From Bispira polyomma (Eukaryota): a stretch of 64,000 bases of DNA. The translations under genes were made by a program, and so were the position numbers. The stretch's first letter is position 1. Every line of letters starts with the position of its first letter. The notes under the pieces are model-generated. The model had not been told where the DNA came from. It saw only the letters and a list, made by a program, of their open reading frames with translations, and made no database searches. Shown here piece by piece: positions 37,256 to 52,237 of the stretch. The stretch covers positions 16,988,001-17,052,000 of the forward strand of contig OZ287750.1 of assembly GCA_965649765.1 (NCBI GenBank). The letters are read 5' to 3'.

Positions 37256-39408
37256 CTACAGGGATAACTGAACATGGGACCCAGAGACTTTAGTAGAGGC
37301 ACCAAACAACATCAAGGGGCGGGTGGGGGTGTAACCAACACGTGTGTGTGAGTGAGTGGAGGCTGGGCGCTCCAAGTCAAGGGAACACAGACGTAAAAAT
37401 GCACGTGTGAATATTACTACTTCAAGAGAACTGTGTCCTGTGTCAGACTCAAGTAAAAAAAAAAACAACTAGTAGTTAATTTGAACATGTAAATAGCTTT
37501 CACAAATTTCACAAACAAAAAAAGTTGCCAGAAAAACCTCCCACATATGTCACCCTAATGGGAAAAATATTTTGTTCTAAGTGATTGTGAATATACTCAT
37601 TTTCAATACATTTTAAATAGGGGTCCCCAGAGACCATACACTAGTATCAGTTTTAGAGCAATAATTAAAAACCCTGTTACAAACAATTAAAAACCTTGAT
37701 TAAAAAGAGTATTGACCCAGTTCTCTGCACTAGACATAGATTAACTGCTACCAAACACTAGATGAAGCCCACACACTATGCTACGTTACTATAGCTAAAT
37801 ATCCAATGGCTTAGACATGTGGGTTACATTTAGTGGTTGGTGAGACACAACAGCATGCTTAAGTCTGCTACACGTACACAATGACACAAGATTACACTTC
37901 ATCTCATCACATCTAATACTTCTCTCTTTTACTTTGTTTACTTCACCAACACAAAACAAAAAATCTTCCATTGCGTCAAAAATGTTTTAAAAAAAAAATG
38001 TGTTCAAAAAATATTTGACTGTAAGCTATAAAACATCTTGGTCAAGTGTTGTACTATCTACTTTTGCATCTCTTTGTCACTAAATTACAGAACTCGACAA
38101 AAATACTAAAAATAAACAACTTCACAAAACAGATAACATTAAAAGAGTTTAATCCGTTAAAAAAAAAAAAAATCACAGCCAATAACACTTGCAGAGTTGA
38201 CAACAGAAATGGGATGATACATTAAGAATGTGTTAAAGACCTCTCACTCTAGTACAAAAACAGTCAACACCAAAAAAACAGCCGCATTTTCTTTTTTCTA
38301 AATTGACTATATAAATTTGAAAACAGTCTCAATTCTAATGATAGTGGTGGGTCATTTTAACGGTGATTCAAGTCCATGACATCATAGATCTTTCGTCCTT
38401 GGTTGTCTGTGTTTTTTTTCTTAATTGAAATGGCCAGTTTTTGTTCTATATGTTAATAAGTAAGCAGAACCACGTACTTTTACCAATTGACAACAGCGAG
38501 TACAAAATACACAAGACACACCAATTATATAAAGAAAACACGTCACACCGAACCAGAGGATGAACAGTGAACACAATGTATCACTGAAGTCCTGGATTAC
38601 ACCTGTCTGAAACCTAGCCTCCGTAACCCGTGGTCTGTGTGTACGTCATTCTTACTCCTTCACAGTTTTAGTGTGTCCTTGTAGTAAAATTTTACAAACA
38701 GGCGTAGACTGAGTTTTCTGTCCCTTTGCATTAGCGATGGAAACAGAGTATTCCGTCTATGACGGATGCACTTTCTTGCACACAAGACTTAACGAGGACT
38801 CCCACACATGTAAGAATAACGTACACAGTTAAAGGGATGGCCTAGCACTGGTTACGGAGACCGGTTTCAGAAAGGTGTTTTTTTGTTGTTGTTTTTGTAA
38901 GGCCGTTGAGAAGTCTACAACAGAGTCAGCTGACTTCTATAGACGGGCAACACACCTCTTGTGTGTACTTGTGTGTAATGGTACACACTAAAACAAGGTG
39001 TTTTTGGGGGGTCCCCATTATAAGCTACCGACAATTAGTCACCATGGTAACTACAAGATGAGCTGTCACTCTGCGGGTGTTGTCGCCTGCTTAGTTTACT
39101 AATCAAGCCTTCAACTCTTGTGCATAGAAACATGTCAACTGGCTCAAACTTTGCCCCAACTGTAAAAAATCAAAATGCCTCAGAAATCTTCTATCAGTTT
39201 TCTTTATAAAAATATTGCAGGGTTGACTGATAGGTGTATTATTATTGAATCAAATTGGTAAGGAATAGAAAGTGAAACTTGCTGACTATTTACACAAACA
39301 TGTAAATCGTTAATGCAATTAATCTTTATTAATGGATGCAAGGGCAGAGTCCCCCATGTTTCTATACACCTGGTTGAGGCTAGTAGTATTATCTGCACAC
39401 TTATATAC

Positions 39409-39492
39409 CTTCTTTAGTCTGCTGGGAGGTTGGAGCGGGTGGGGCTGCTAGGACCTGTTGGAACTGACCGGCGTATGCAGCAGGATATGTGG
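39409..39492 (-). CDS. CELF4: CELF exon preceding RRM3
   Basis: ttttacAG|CC ACA TAT...GAA G|GTATAT. Reads ATYPAAYAGQFQQVLAAPPAPTSQQTKE, phase 1-1. Confidence 0.88.
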
Positions 39493-40872
39493 CTGTAAAA
39501 ATACAAACAAGACACCCACATAAGGACAATAACAACTAGCACCTGTATATATGGGAGACTGAATAAATTAGCAAAAAAATCACGTTAATGTGCAAGAATA
39601 TGTGCCAATGGTTGTGGTACTCTACCAGTATTTAGCTAGAAATGATATAATGTGTAGTAAACATCACTGAAATCTTTTTATTAGTACAGATTTATACAAA
39701 GTATATAGCCTCAGGTTTAATATATTACATTAGAAGCTATTTAATCTAGTTAGATATTTAAACTATATATATGGGATAGAATGGAATTTAGTACATGACT
39801 AACAGTTATTTACACACAGTAACTAAATGTAGAAAGTGCAATTTCGAGCATTTTGTACAGACGCACATGTATATTGCATGTATATTTACAAAAAGTAAAA
39901 ACAAAAAAGTACAGTTACTATTTTTTGGAGGACAACGTAAATTACTTTTAAAATCTGGTCAGTATATCAATAAACGTTAAGCAATAGAGGGACACACATA
40001 TATGTATACATACATATATAGAGAGAGATCCAACAAACGAGCAAAATTAAACAAGAAAACTAAAACAATTTCCCAAATCCTTGCTCTATGACAAACACGT
40101 GGCTCAAAACACAGCATTTCATAAACGAATCCAATCACTCTGAATTTCCAGATTTTTTTTTTTTTGTGTAGATAAGACTCTCAGGGTGGTGGTGATGGTT
40201 GAGGGGGGGGTTATACATAAAGCGTTGTAGTAGAGAGAGTGGGCTGAAGTAGATGACAACAGTGGCGTATACAATACGTACACCTGACAAAATGTGTCGC
40301 TACATTAAACACCCAGGACACACTCTCTTGGCATGCAGTCCCTGTGTTATGATTAACAAGAGATCATGCTTGTTTGAAGAATAAACACAAAAGCAAACAC
40401 ATACACAGTTACTACACGTAAAAACTTTTCAAAAAGGCAAGACTAAACTAAACAGTTGTCTTGCCCCATTTTTTTTAATTGCGATATTCTTTTTTTCTGT
40501 TGTTAAATTTGAAAAATAAGTTTGAACACTGTACATAGAAGGAACAATACTTATTATCATATTTAGGGGAAAAACAGATTCAATATACATCTTAAAACAG
40601 CTAAAACGTAAACAAAATCAACCACCAACTAGTAAACAAAAAAGGTGTACACAGATACATACTTACATGTATCGACAAACTATTGCTGGTTTCTTTTTAG
40701 TTTAATTATTTCATGTGCAAGTGTTTGCTTTTAGATTACAGAGAAGGCCAACAATTTATGCTTTATGAAGAGAGAAAAAAACACGAAATTACTAAAAAGA
40801 CATTGCTATGGAAATGAGTGGGTCTGAGCCAGGTTGTTGCTAAGAGACAAAGAATTGAGACAGCACCTATAC

Positions 40873-40935
40873 CCGCGTATTGCTGCACCCCAGTGTAGGC
40901 TTGCTGTAACGGATCACCATTAGCAACGGCCGTCA
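40873..40935 (-). CDS. CELF4: CELF divergent-domain exon
   Basis: ttttcAG|TG ACG...GCG G|GTATAG. Reads VTAVANGDPLQQAYTGVQQYA, containing the conserved DPLQQAYxGxQQYA motif. Confidence 0.9.
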
Positions 40936-43109
40936 CTGAAAACAAACAAGTTACCATAGTAACACATACTGATGCAACACTGAAACACACACACATGTAC
41001 ACACACAGAAATAAATGATTTTTTTTGGTGTCAATTACTAATATTGAAAAGTTAAATTTTTGGGAAGATTAGTAAATTCTGATTGGATACATAGTGCAAT
41101 AAGAAAAAAAAAAAAACAATTAAATATCCATCATGTTTTGAAACATTCTTTTAATGGATAAGAGAAGATCAACACAATGACATGAGAAACACAAAATTCA
41201 AATGGGGCGACAACAATTTATTGGTGTCTTTGTTAATAAACAGCTCTGATTAAAAGTTATTAACAAAGTAATCAGTAAATTTTAGAGTAATGAAATTTAC
41301 CCACAAATACTAAAGACAGATCAAGATTGTGCATGTAGAAGGCCATTTAGATTCGTACTCTACTTTTAAATCTTGACAAATACTAGGATTTGAGGCAGTT
41401 TATCTACCGCCCCAATATAGATTGTAAGTCCAAAAGTGGAGAGTAAACATTTATCATTTAGTAAGATTCTGTTGCAGTGTTTTTTTTTAATAACTGCAGT
41501 AGATATTTGATTGTCATTTTGTTATATTAAATCAATTATATTTTAATCACAGAACTATATGTAACGCCAAATTGGTTTAAGCTGTGTTAACTGTGAAATG
41601 GAATTCAGGACACCATCATAATGAAATTATAATATTGCTTTATGTATATTTATAAAGTAAATTTTAAATATGATTTCTGCAAATTTTCATTATTGCAACA
41701 AATATTTTTTTTGTATCCAGTTTCCAATTCGCAATTATCAGAGTGAGTAACCATGGCAACACTTAAATAAACACCATTAGTATGAAACAAACATATTCCC
41801 CCCGAGTGCAGTTTTCTTGTGTCACCACCAATCAATTTATATTATTTATTGCACACAATATCTGTGCATAGGAGGTTTAGTAATAATAATAAGCCCAAAA
41901 TCACTGCCTACAAGATACATCTAGTATAACACATCCATACTAAGAAAAGACATCCAATGCTCTCACATACACACATAGATATGTACACTTGAAAACCGTA
42001 TTTGTGCTAACATGTTTCTCAAGGTCAAAACAAAAAACATTTTGTTTTCAAAATGTTATCACCCCAGCCTGGTTTTTTTTCTAAAATGTACCCCAGGTCA
42101 AGTTTATATCAACTTTACACAATATTCCGTTCAAATTTTTTTGATTCTTTAAAGTTTAAAAGTGCTTTTTACTAAAAAATCTTTGGGGGAGTTAAAATTC
42201 ACCCACATACCACACTAACTAGACATTCAGTAAAATCATATGAAATTTCCTATTGCTAATAAACACAGAAAAGGATGTTAAGACTTCCAATATATGCTCT
42301 ACTTTTTTGGCACAAGCAGATTATACTGCAATTTGTTAACACTTTTTCATTTACGTAACTTTAAAGACACAAGAATATTTTTACTACAACTAAAGAGTAG
42401 CTTTATTTACAGCATATATTGATCCCCAACATCATATAATCAACATATACTCTTGTGGAAATAAATGTATGTGAAATTTTAAAATGCGAAACTGATCATA
42501 AATGTTTCCCAATGCCCTTGTTAAATTTTTAATATTTTACTTTTTCTTAAGGATGTTTCACACTAGTATCTATTATCAATGCAAAAACCTTGACTGACGT
42601 CACTCTAATCAACAACATTTAGGGCATGTAAAACATTTATAGGTCGAGAAATCTAAATTCTTTGTACATATAATTAACATACAGTAGTACACCAACTAAG
42701 TAATGCAAGAAGCTTGGAAAATCCATACATGAAAGTTGTAAAAACTTCAGAAATTTTTTCATGGCTACAATTTAACAAACTATTGTCCAATGAGATCCTG
42801 CTTTGTGAGTTCATATTTTGTGTTAAATCGTTTAAAAGAAATGGCTTACAGCTACAACATGGAAAAATGGCGAATTTTTTTTTTGTTAATTTTACACCAC
42901 AGTGATGGGGGCTGGCTTCTTGCACTACCTTTTAAGTCCTCAAACCCAAATCTGTGACACACACATCCATGTATATAGATATTTAATAGACAGATGTATG
43001 AAAAAGTAATAAAACACAGATGAATTATATATATAACACACTGAGTGAAGGTGGGTGGGGAGGGGAAAGGGGAGGTCAGTCTCCATGCAGAGAATGAGGT
43101 GCTACATAC

Positions 43110-43238
43110 CTGGATATTGGGGCACTCCATTAGCATACATCTCGGCAGCCTGGCCATTCACCTGGGCCATGGGGAATGCAGCTACACCTGGGGACAAGAC
43201 TGTGGGGGCAGCACCATTCATTGCCGCAGTGGTCCCTA
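43110..43238 (-). CDS. CELF4: CELF divergent-domain exon
   Basis: ttcCAG TAG tandem acceptor...CCA G|GTATGT. Reads (V)GTTAAMNGAAPTVLSPGVAAFPMAQVNGQAAEMYANGVPQYP. Confidence 0.9.
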
Positions 43239-44773
43239 CTGGAAGAATAGACAGAAAGATCACAGTGAAAGAAGGAGAAATTGAAGATGGCAAGATCGGG
43301 TCACAAAATAATCCTCTCCCCGAGACTCGACCATTGCTAAAAATATATGTGTGGTATCCCATGTTCAAAATTTTGCTTTAGATGGGTTTTTGTCTTGTAC
43401 CAATCGACGCCCACTCAGATTGAAACTGCTCATTTACTGCTTTGTAGGAATATCTATTTCAAAGAGACTTCTAGTGAAGCAAACATACTACTACACTTAT
43501 AGATATAACATGACAATTTCTACTGTTTATTTCATTGTATTGAAGCTTTTTTTTGGCAATCATTTACAAGTTGTTTCTCATAGGTACAGGCCATTAATAC
43601 ATTAATATACAAATTATGTACCAACACTTTCACAACATATATTGCATGAATAATTTATTAGCCTCCTAAACTTTTTTTTTGGTAACAAAACATGTGCAGA
43701 TTTCTCAATACCACTCCCTAACATTAGTCTGTCTCTATTACATAATCAAAATGACACATTTACTTTTTTGGTTTTAAATACTAAAACTCTTTTCTGTAGA
43801 GCAAAACAAACACTCTACAAAAAATAATAAAGTGTCAAATATTGTGTTATTAAAATAGTTGATTTCGACAAGCTATGAATTATTAGTACATGATTCTTTA
43901 GAATTTTTGTTTTAAAATGTACAAAAACATGAAACAGACAGAGTTTAGATAGATCTAGCTGATGAAATATTGATGGCTGTTTTACTGGCCAAACTGTGTG
44001 TGCCATCTGTATATAGAGAAGAGGCAGCCTTTAGAAATGTACACACTTTATGAGGGACTACTATTAGTACAACATGTCAGCAGCTTGGATCCTAATAATT
44101 AATGGATTTCCCATGTCCCCATCCTGTTCTACTAACTTAATGGACTCTCTCTCCGCTCTCTATCTCAAAGCTAGGGCTTAGTTGTGCCATTGGCAATATA
44201 CATGTACTATGATCGGGGCAAAACTCAAACTGTATAACATTGAGCAACTCGAGGATGTGGTGGTCAATATTATGATACATTGATGAACTTGTGTAAATGG
44301 GATGAAAGAACAAGCCCCCAACATTTGAAAACTATAGAAAATGCTATGAGTAATAAGACACGATTAAAGAGGACGTTGTTTTTGTAACCGAGTCAATCAG
44401 TAAATATATAACGCCACATAATGTTTTATTTAATATTTTTATTTTACTGTAATGAATGTCTTTCAGATATCTAACATAGTTTGGACAGTATTGAGCAATT
44501 ACGACTGTCTTTATATGGCAGTAATCAAAAATAAATTGGAAATGTTATAAACTCTTTACTTATTGAATAATTGCTACCAATAGAAACATACATTCGCAAA
44601 ATATTTCACCATTTCAAATATATACAAGTTTGTGTAGAGTCTTCTTTTCCTCAAAATTATTGCACAATATGCACATGTATGTTAACTGAAGACTGAGGAG
44701 CAAATGCACTTAGCCGGTACCAATTACGTTTGTTCATAATGTTTTTAAAAATGGAGGAAAGACAGTAGCTTAA

Positions 44774-45217
44774 GTGAGTGTTTCCATGCAGGCAACTTTC
44801 TGAGGCGACCAGCCGACGTATAACAGGCAATTTTTAATTTTTATGGTTCTATACAATATTTGAGAAAAATCGATATCTGTATTTAAACCTGAATATCTCA
44901 GCCATTTCTCAACCGATTTTGATGCAACAAAAAGCACAATATACCCGATAAAATAAGCTTTCTCACCATATTTTTATTAAATTTATACCTTCAGTAATTT
45001 TTGAGTTATTTAAAAAAACGGCAATGTTTACAAGGCGACGGGCAATGCCAGGCGATTTTTTTCGCTCCTAGTACCGAAAAAAAATCGCCTGGCATTGCCT
45101 GTCCCCTATCGGCGTTGCTCACATGGAAACACTTTGTTATAAATCAATGAAACTGATAGAATCGCCGTCGGCCGTCGCCTGATCGCCTCAGAAAATTGCC
45201 TGCATGGAAATACACAC
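44774..45217. mobile_element. PIF/Harbinger (Tourist-like) MITE with TAA target duplication
   Basis: ~40-bp TIRs GTGAGTGTTTCCATGCAGGCAACTTTCTGAGGCGA and TCGCCTCAGAAAATTGCCTGCATGGAAATACACAC, with TAA on both sides. Internal inverted repeat at ~45040-45101. Confidence 0.85.
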
Positions 45218-45414
45218 TAAATGTGTACTTTTCGAAGCAATAATAAGACAGGTAAGATAAAATTAAGCATTAATAGATGGTTTACGACAGTTAGAAAGAA
45301 AATTTTTATCATAGTTTTTTAGCAAACTTGTTAAAATTTAAAGTGGAGTTAGTGACGTTATATTGGTACCAGAAAACTACATTCTAGCCACGACTGTAAG
45401 TGAGCAATAGTTAC

Positions 45415-45583
45415 CTGTGGTAGTGGGTGTGATGGAGGCGGTACTCAGTCCATTGGGTACTGCTGCTAGTGCTGTGTGGGGCAGTTGTGCGCTGAGTGCC
45501 AGGTTAGGGTTGATGTAGGTAGCTGTGCCACCCTGGGCTGCTGCGGCCATCAAGGCAGCCTGCTGCTGAGACAACATCTGTTG
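45415..45583 (-). CDS. CELF4: CELF divergent-domain exon
   Basis: ttcgcAG|CAA CAG ATG...ACA G|GTAACT. Reads QQMLSQQQAALMAAAAQGGTATYINPNL...ITPTTT. A second AG lies 6 nt downstream. Confidence 0.9.
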
Positions 45584-47326
45584 CTGCGAAACCAAATACA
45601 TACTGATGCTCAGAATTGGAAACAATCGGAGTAATAATATTTTATCTAAATTCTACTTTTTTTTCAATAATAAGCAACGTTCCTGGTTCTTGGTCAATGT
45701 ATTTGCTATTTTACTGGTCATTCATATTTAAAATTTTGAAATGTTAAAAGCTAGCATTAAATAATACAAAATGAATAAACTGTAATCCTCATTAAAATTG
45801 CAAACTTTTAAAAACTCCATACATGTCCATATCCAAAGGGGTATCTCATGGTTAGCATCTTTCACAGGGTTTGCACACTTTATAAAATATAACCCAAATC
45901 TGAAGAACACTGGCGACAATTTGAGGTTGTTTCTACTCTTTCAGTAAATGCTTCAGTCTATCACTGGTTGTTCCTCCTCCTGTTATTCTAGACTTGCCAA
46001 GCAGCTCACTTTCCCTCATATGACACTGGCTTTGGCACTTACTCAGTGTTTTATACACACAGACATACAGTCACTACCCCCACCCCACCCCCCCTCACCA
46101 AATCACATAAAAACAGGCTAGTGGTATGAGATCTGTGTTGTTATAACAACCCCAGCCAGGCCCTGGCAGATGTACAGCCCTTCCCCCCTCCTCCCCTCGC
46201 CCCCACAACCCTCAAATACTGCTCTGCTATGATGTTATTACAGATAATATTCAATTGCAATGTGGCCTTGGTTTTAGGGGCTGCCCTGCCCTTCTATGGG
46301 GTTCTAATTGAGTCAAGAGGCAGAGACAATAATCTATGTGAGGTGGGAATACCGTACCTAAGTCCAAACTTACGCTTAATTATTTTAAACAAAAATATGT
46401 AAATTTTTGTTTTATCAATTTTAACATAAAAAACAGACCACTCGGTATATAAAAAAGCATTTGTCAAATTCCTTATTACTGACTTCAAAAGAAGTCTTTA
46501 TGAATTAAAACTGGTTTTTAAAACCCAAGGTGACCTTACCTTCGGGAAATGTAATTGTTTAACCTACATCAGCCTTGTAGCTACAGCAAATGCAGCTGTC
46601 TGACTTAATACTAAACTTGTGACTTTTGTGAATGGTTGATTGAGAGTCTGAACAACTGGTTGGATATTAGGCTGAATGAATGTGTACAGTGAAGGCCCTG
46701 CAGCACACTCAAGGCTGAGGCTTAAATTCACACCTGCCACTCCATGCATTTAATTATGCCATCTTACACTATTTTTTTTAAATGACATCTGTACTTTTTT
46801 CAACAGGGTTTTAAAGCCTTCAGTCTTTGTAATTATAGGGTAAAAAGTAGGTTATCTAAGCAGGAAAGACGCGTCATTGCACAACTTTGTAGGACAAGGA
46901 AAGTTACATCACATGCTTATTGATGTAAAAAAAAAGGTGTTCTTTTCATCAATGACTAAACATGCCAGATATACTTTATTAATTTTCTTGTTAGAGAGGA
47001 TTGAAATATGCAGTGACCTTTAATGTAACCTTGACTCAAGCCAGAGACAGGGTCATCAAAGAGTGGAGTCTGAGTTGACCTTGACATCATTCAAAGAATA
47101 CATGTCCTGGAGACTATATGTAATGTAATGAACAATTTCTATAGAACACCAAATTGATATCCAGGTATCTTCCAAGATCCTTTACCATCCATGGAGTTTA
47201 ACTGTTGAGAATATAGTCCAGGTAGACAAGGTGGTTGGTGAGGGAAGGTGTGCAGTGTGTACTGAATAAAACATTACTAAGGAACACAAAGCCTACTAGA
47301 AAAACCATAATGGTGACATGACTTAC

Positions 47327-47491
47327 TTCATAAGAAGCTCCCATTTGGGTGTAGGCCCCGGCATAACCTGGGATCTGTGTCAGAGCGAATGGGTTGAGTA
47401 GCCCCAGTGGGCCAGTCATCTGCTGCATCTTGCGGAGTTGACGTTCTTTCTCGGTATCTGCAAACTTTACAACCAGACTAGATGATGCACC
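47327..47491 (-). CDS. CELF4: CELF exon: RRM2 C-terminus and start of the divergent domain
   Basis: tttgtAG|GGT GCA...TAT GAA|GTAAGT. Reads [55 protein letters not shown]. Confidence 0.95.
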
Positions 47492-49788
47492 CTACAAACA
47501 GAAAAACACATTGGTTTGTTTTGAATAAATGGTAAAAATGGAATTCTATTGGTGGATCTGCCTGTTTTAAGCAACAATCTGATAAGCTGAAACTCAAAAA
47601 GAAAAGCCTTGATGTTAGGCCCAGATGACATGTCTTGGTATTTTCTTCGGGTCGTTAATCCAACATTTACATCATTTATAATTGTATATTCCTGGTTTTC
47701 TATATTTCTTGTGCTTTGATATTTTAGTATTGTTTGAGTAGGGGTAGTGTTAATTGTGTAATTATATGCTTTGATATTTTAGTATTGTAAGTATTAGTAG
47801 AGGTTGTATTAATGGTGTAACTCTATATATTTGCGATGTACTATTACAATTCAGTGTTTTCTACATTACAAGACAAATGCTTGTAACCTCCTTTCACCAT
47901 GTCTTTGTGTACAAAACCATCTGCCAATTTTTACCCCAGACTATTTTTTCACCACCCTATTCATCAAAGCAGAAGTAACAGACAACAAATCTTCCAGTGA
48001 CGGCTTGTAGCCCTTTACCAAAGGTTATCTGATCAGAGGGCAAAAAATGATGAAATGGACATTTTCTTTGTCAGGAAAAATGGACAAATCCGAAACTTTA
48101 CAAAAGTAGTAAAGATAGACAGAGTTGTTTCGGTGTAAAATCTAAAGAATATTAAATTTAATGTTATTTTTAGGCAAAAACAGGGATAATCTACACATTT
48201 TTCAATTATATGGTGGAAGTATTATTTTCTATTATTATTTTCTATTTTTATTTTTATTATTTTCTATTTTTATTATTAGCACTACTTTCTGATTTTTGGC
48301 TTAATAAAGATAATATTTTAGAAGAGATTTCTTTTCATTTATTTGTCACAACCTCTGTGCAAGTTCAATACAACACAAATATAGGATTGTTTTGTATATC
48401 CATCACTAAAAGCTCTTCATAACTTTCTCCCAGATTTCTTCTATGTAAATATATCTTTATAATATATCTATATTAATCCCTGGGAGTGCTGATCAAGAGT
48501 CTATAAGTTTAGTACCTTATTGGTTTACCTAATATATTATTAAAGCCTCTTTATTAGTTGATCAAATGTTGCTAATCCAGTTAGACACCAAACCAATGAA
48601 CTATGAGATTTGTCTATTTATTCTCTCCATTCAGCTCTGGCTTAAAAGTTTGCACATCATATTATTTGATTTCTTTCATAGTTTTCTTCTCTGGCCTTTT
48701 AGGATTTTATGTCTGGGGAAAGTATGTGTACAAGGGAAAGGTTGACAGAACTTTCACACACCAATATTCAGGGCCCACCATGAGCCTCTGTTCTTTAAAG
48801 ACCAACATAGCTTCGAAAATAACTCCCCAACAATTCTGACTTCTGCTTCTGACCTAATGACAATACATTTTAACTTTTACGAGTTGAATGCTCTTCTACA
48901 TCACCAACTGGTCACACATTAAACTGATATTCTAGTAAAAGACTCTTCTGCCCCATTAAGCAAGCTGCCGAGTTTAAGTTGAGAGTTTGAGGTTATCTGT
49001 AAGAAGTGTGGCTCCCTGATAAATATAGCTCTACAGGAGTTAGTTCAGAAGGTACAACCAGGTAGATTTGCCTTTTATGTACAGGTGTACACCACCTCTA
49101 TGTATATACATTACACGAGTCAGAGACCAGGTCTCCCAAAATATTTTCAAAATAATTAAATCAAGTCTCTCCCAAATGTCCACCCAAGCGGACATGCTAA
49201 CGTCAACAATAAGACATTCACACCAACACAAACAGGTGAATGGTCTTATGTCTCTATAAAGGCAGGTTTTAGAACTGTTTCATGACTACCAGGTATAAAC
49301 AATATTACAACACGATGGGCTGGGGCTCTCCAATCCCTTAAAATCACAAGGTAGAGAGTCAGGAATCTGCCTTCTTTAACAAGTACCTATGTTTGGTTTT
49401 TGCAGAGACAATTCAGAACAGAAAAAACTCAGCAAATGTCAAAGGTACAAGTCCCAAGTGGCCAACCTATAACTTTCTATAGGATAGAAGTGCTTGTCTC
49501 AACACCTCTCCAACACAGCACAAATATCTTACATATATATATATATCCACAAAAGGGCAGGGGTTGCCAGAAAGGTATAGTACATGTACTTCAAATACAC
49601 ACATAAATATATATATATATGTACTTATTCAAATTTATTTTAAGTCTATACTATCAATGTTTATTGGTTTTTTATACACACAAATCTTTATATAAAAGTT
49701 CACAGGCCCAAACCTGTATCGAATCTTTAAACCTCATTAAATATTCAAACCCACATACCTCTTTATGCTTAACAAAAAGAGTTCACTT

Positions 49789-49902
49789 GTTATGTTTTAT
49801 TAAGAAATCATAAATGTGCTGTTATGTTTTATTAAGAAATCATAAATGTGCTATTATTATAAAGGTTTTATTAAGAAATCATAAATGTGCTATTATTATA
49901 AA
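49789..49902. repeat. Short tandem repeat, 3 copies
   Basis: GTTTTATTAAGAAATCATAAATGTGCT occurs three times. Confidence 0.8.
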
Positions 49903-52099
49903 GTAAGTTGAGGTTTGATGAAGTAAAATTATAATTATTCTTGTACTATTTCATTTGAATCAAGTGACACTTCGATAGTTTTAACACGTGAAAGGCAAAT
50001 AAACACACAATGGGGAAAAGCAAACGCCTGGCATTTAATCAATGCGACCAACAGGGCTCTTTGTCACAGAACTTCAAAATTGCTCACTTCTTTACAATTA
50101 CTCTGTTTGGTAATTGCACTTACTGCCATAGTTTTTTATTTTGAAGAGATGCAAGTAATAATTGATTACTTTGGGTAAAAATTTTAGGAATTTTTTGTCG
50201 ATTAAAAATACTGTATGAAATTAAAATCAAGAGTACATCTATTTTATTAAAGTTTAAAAAAAAAAAAAAATTTCAAATATTAACGGTTTTAAATAATCAA
50301 CAATATATGTATGTTTTGCTCAGTGATTCTATTTTATAAAATTATTGCTCGTTTCTATTCTCTCTTATATCCACATGTCCTCCCGTTTTATTGGGGTAAA
50401 AGCTAGGTAATATCAAACTGTTGCACTATCGTATGGCACCACATCTATTTTTTTAACGAGAGAGTATTTTTCAATGTTAGTTGAGTAAATCTGATGCCAC
50501 TGATCTGATATCTTGATTCAGTGATCAAGGTTAGCGACACTTCATCAGATTTCAGTTATTTATTCATGGCAACAGATGGGACATAAATGTACAAATTTAA
50601 AGTATAAAAGTGAAAAAAAAAACCACACCAAATCACAGGCTCAAAATGCATGGATATTTGTATATATTTACATAGAGTGGTGAGCCTAAATAAAAGTGCA
50701 AGTTGTTTTTGCAGATTCTTCTATATTCTCTCAGTGAAGCATTCAGTTTATTTCTCTAGTATTCTCCAAATAGGGCAAGCTCAGCTAAAAAAAACCAGGG
50801 ACATCACTTCTGTCATGCCACCACTTCTAAACCCTGTACACCCTGTGCCATTAGGACAGTGACAACTCCAATATGAAGGCTGCTTGTTGGCACAAAACTC
50901 AATACTGCCCCAAGCCAAGGGGAGGATGAGGAAGGCAAGTCTGATCAATGGAAGGGCCCCTGCTATTGTAGAGATTGGATTTGGTCACCCATTAACAGGG
51001 GTACTTGTTTATACACACACAGGGCCCAATACTAAAAAGTCCTCTACTCTTTGAAAGGATGAATCATTATTCCACGGAATCAATGTACCCTAAAGTTCTA
51101 CTGTACACATAAAAACAAGCAATCTGTGAAAACAACCAGACATAGATCCATATATTTAGCCATTACCAATGGTTCTTGTTTTCACTTGAAAGATATGGGT
51201 TCTCCAAAATATAGTCACCATGGTACAAAATCCCAATATGTTTTTTTTGTAGGGTTGGTGGTTGCAGACTTGATGGACGTTTTTGGAAGTACCCATGCAG
51301 TAAGTACATCAGATTTTACATTAAAATATCTTACCACACAGGATATAAACCACTGAACTTCTGCTAACAGTTTTTTACAATGTTTATACATAAAATAAAC
51401 TCATCCGTACCTTGTATATAATTGTGGTTGAACAGACTTTATAGGGATTCCCATGGTCGTAAAAGTTAGGATTGTTAAAAGAATTACTTTAAGTATGAGC
51501 AAACATTAGTCATAACATATTAAACAACTCCTGTCCCCTATCAAAACTAACCTTATAACGTTGATGAAAGACTATGCCTTAAATTAATGCGCGTTTTACG
51601 GTACAAACATCTGGAGGGTTGTCAAGGCATCCAAGTGATCTAACCCTATCATTAGTTCATCAATTAAAACTTACAGATCAATAATTTAGACTTGTAAATT
51701 TCAAACAATAAAACCCTCTCAACTTTCCATTAGATCAAAATGTCACATAGCCAAATGTCATGATATTTCAGTAGTTGTAATAGGGTAAACAAATCTCACC
51801 AGTTTTCACCAGAGTTTGAAGTTATAACACTGAAGGCTTTTTTACACCTTATTCATGCAGTATTGGACAAAGGATGAAATGAGAAATGTAGATAAGTTCA
51901 CCTTATATCATCATCTGATTATCAATATTACTAAGTTTACCAATGTGAAGCAAGTTATTACATTCAGGTGTAGAACTCCATTACTGCTAACTTAAGAGGA
52001 CATATTTGTTCTCCTTTGTCTTACTATAAACTTATTAGAAAATTACTCAAAAAAACTCTTCCCAAAAAATTCAAATTTGATCACATGACTTCTACTAAC

Positions 52100-52237
52100 C
52101 TGCTGCTGGTGGTACTGGGGTTGCTGACCATTGACCTGTGGATGCATCTGTCCATGCATCTGTGGAGGACCAACTACACTCTCTTTTACTGGTTCTGCTG
52201 ATGTTGTGGTGTTTTTATTCTCAACTAATACACCCAT
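52100..52237 (-). CDS. Candidate alternative first coding exon of the CELF gene (short isoform)
   Basis: ATG GGT...CAG CAG CAG|GTTAGT. 46 codons, MGVLVENKNTTTSAEPVKESVVGPPQMHGQMHPQVNGQQPQYHQQQ. The phase-0 donor is compatible with exon 47491. Confidence 0.6.
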
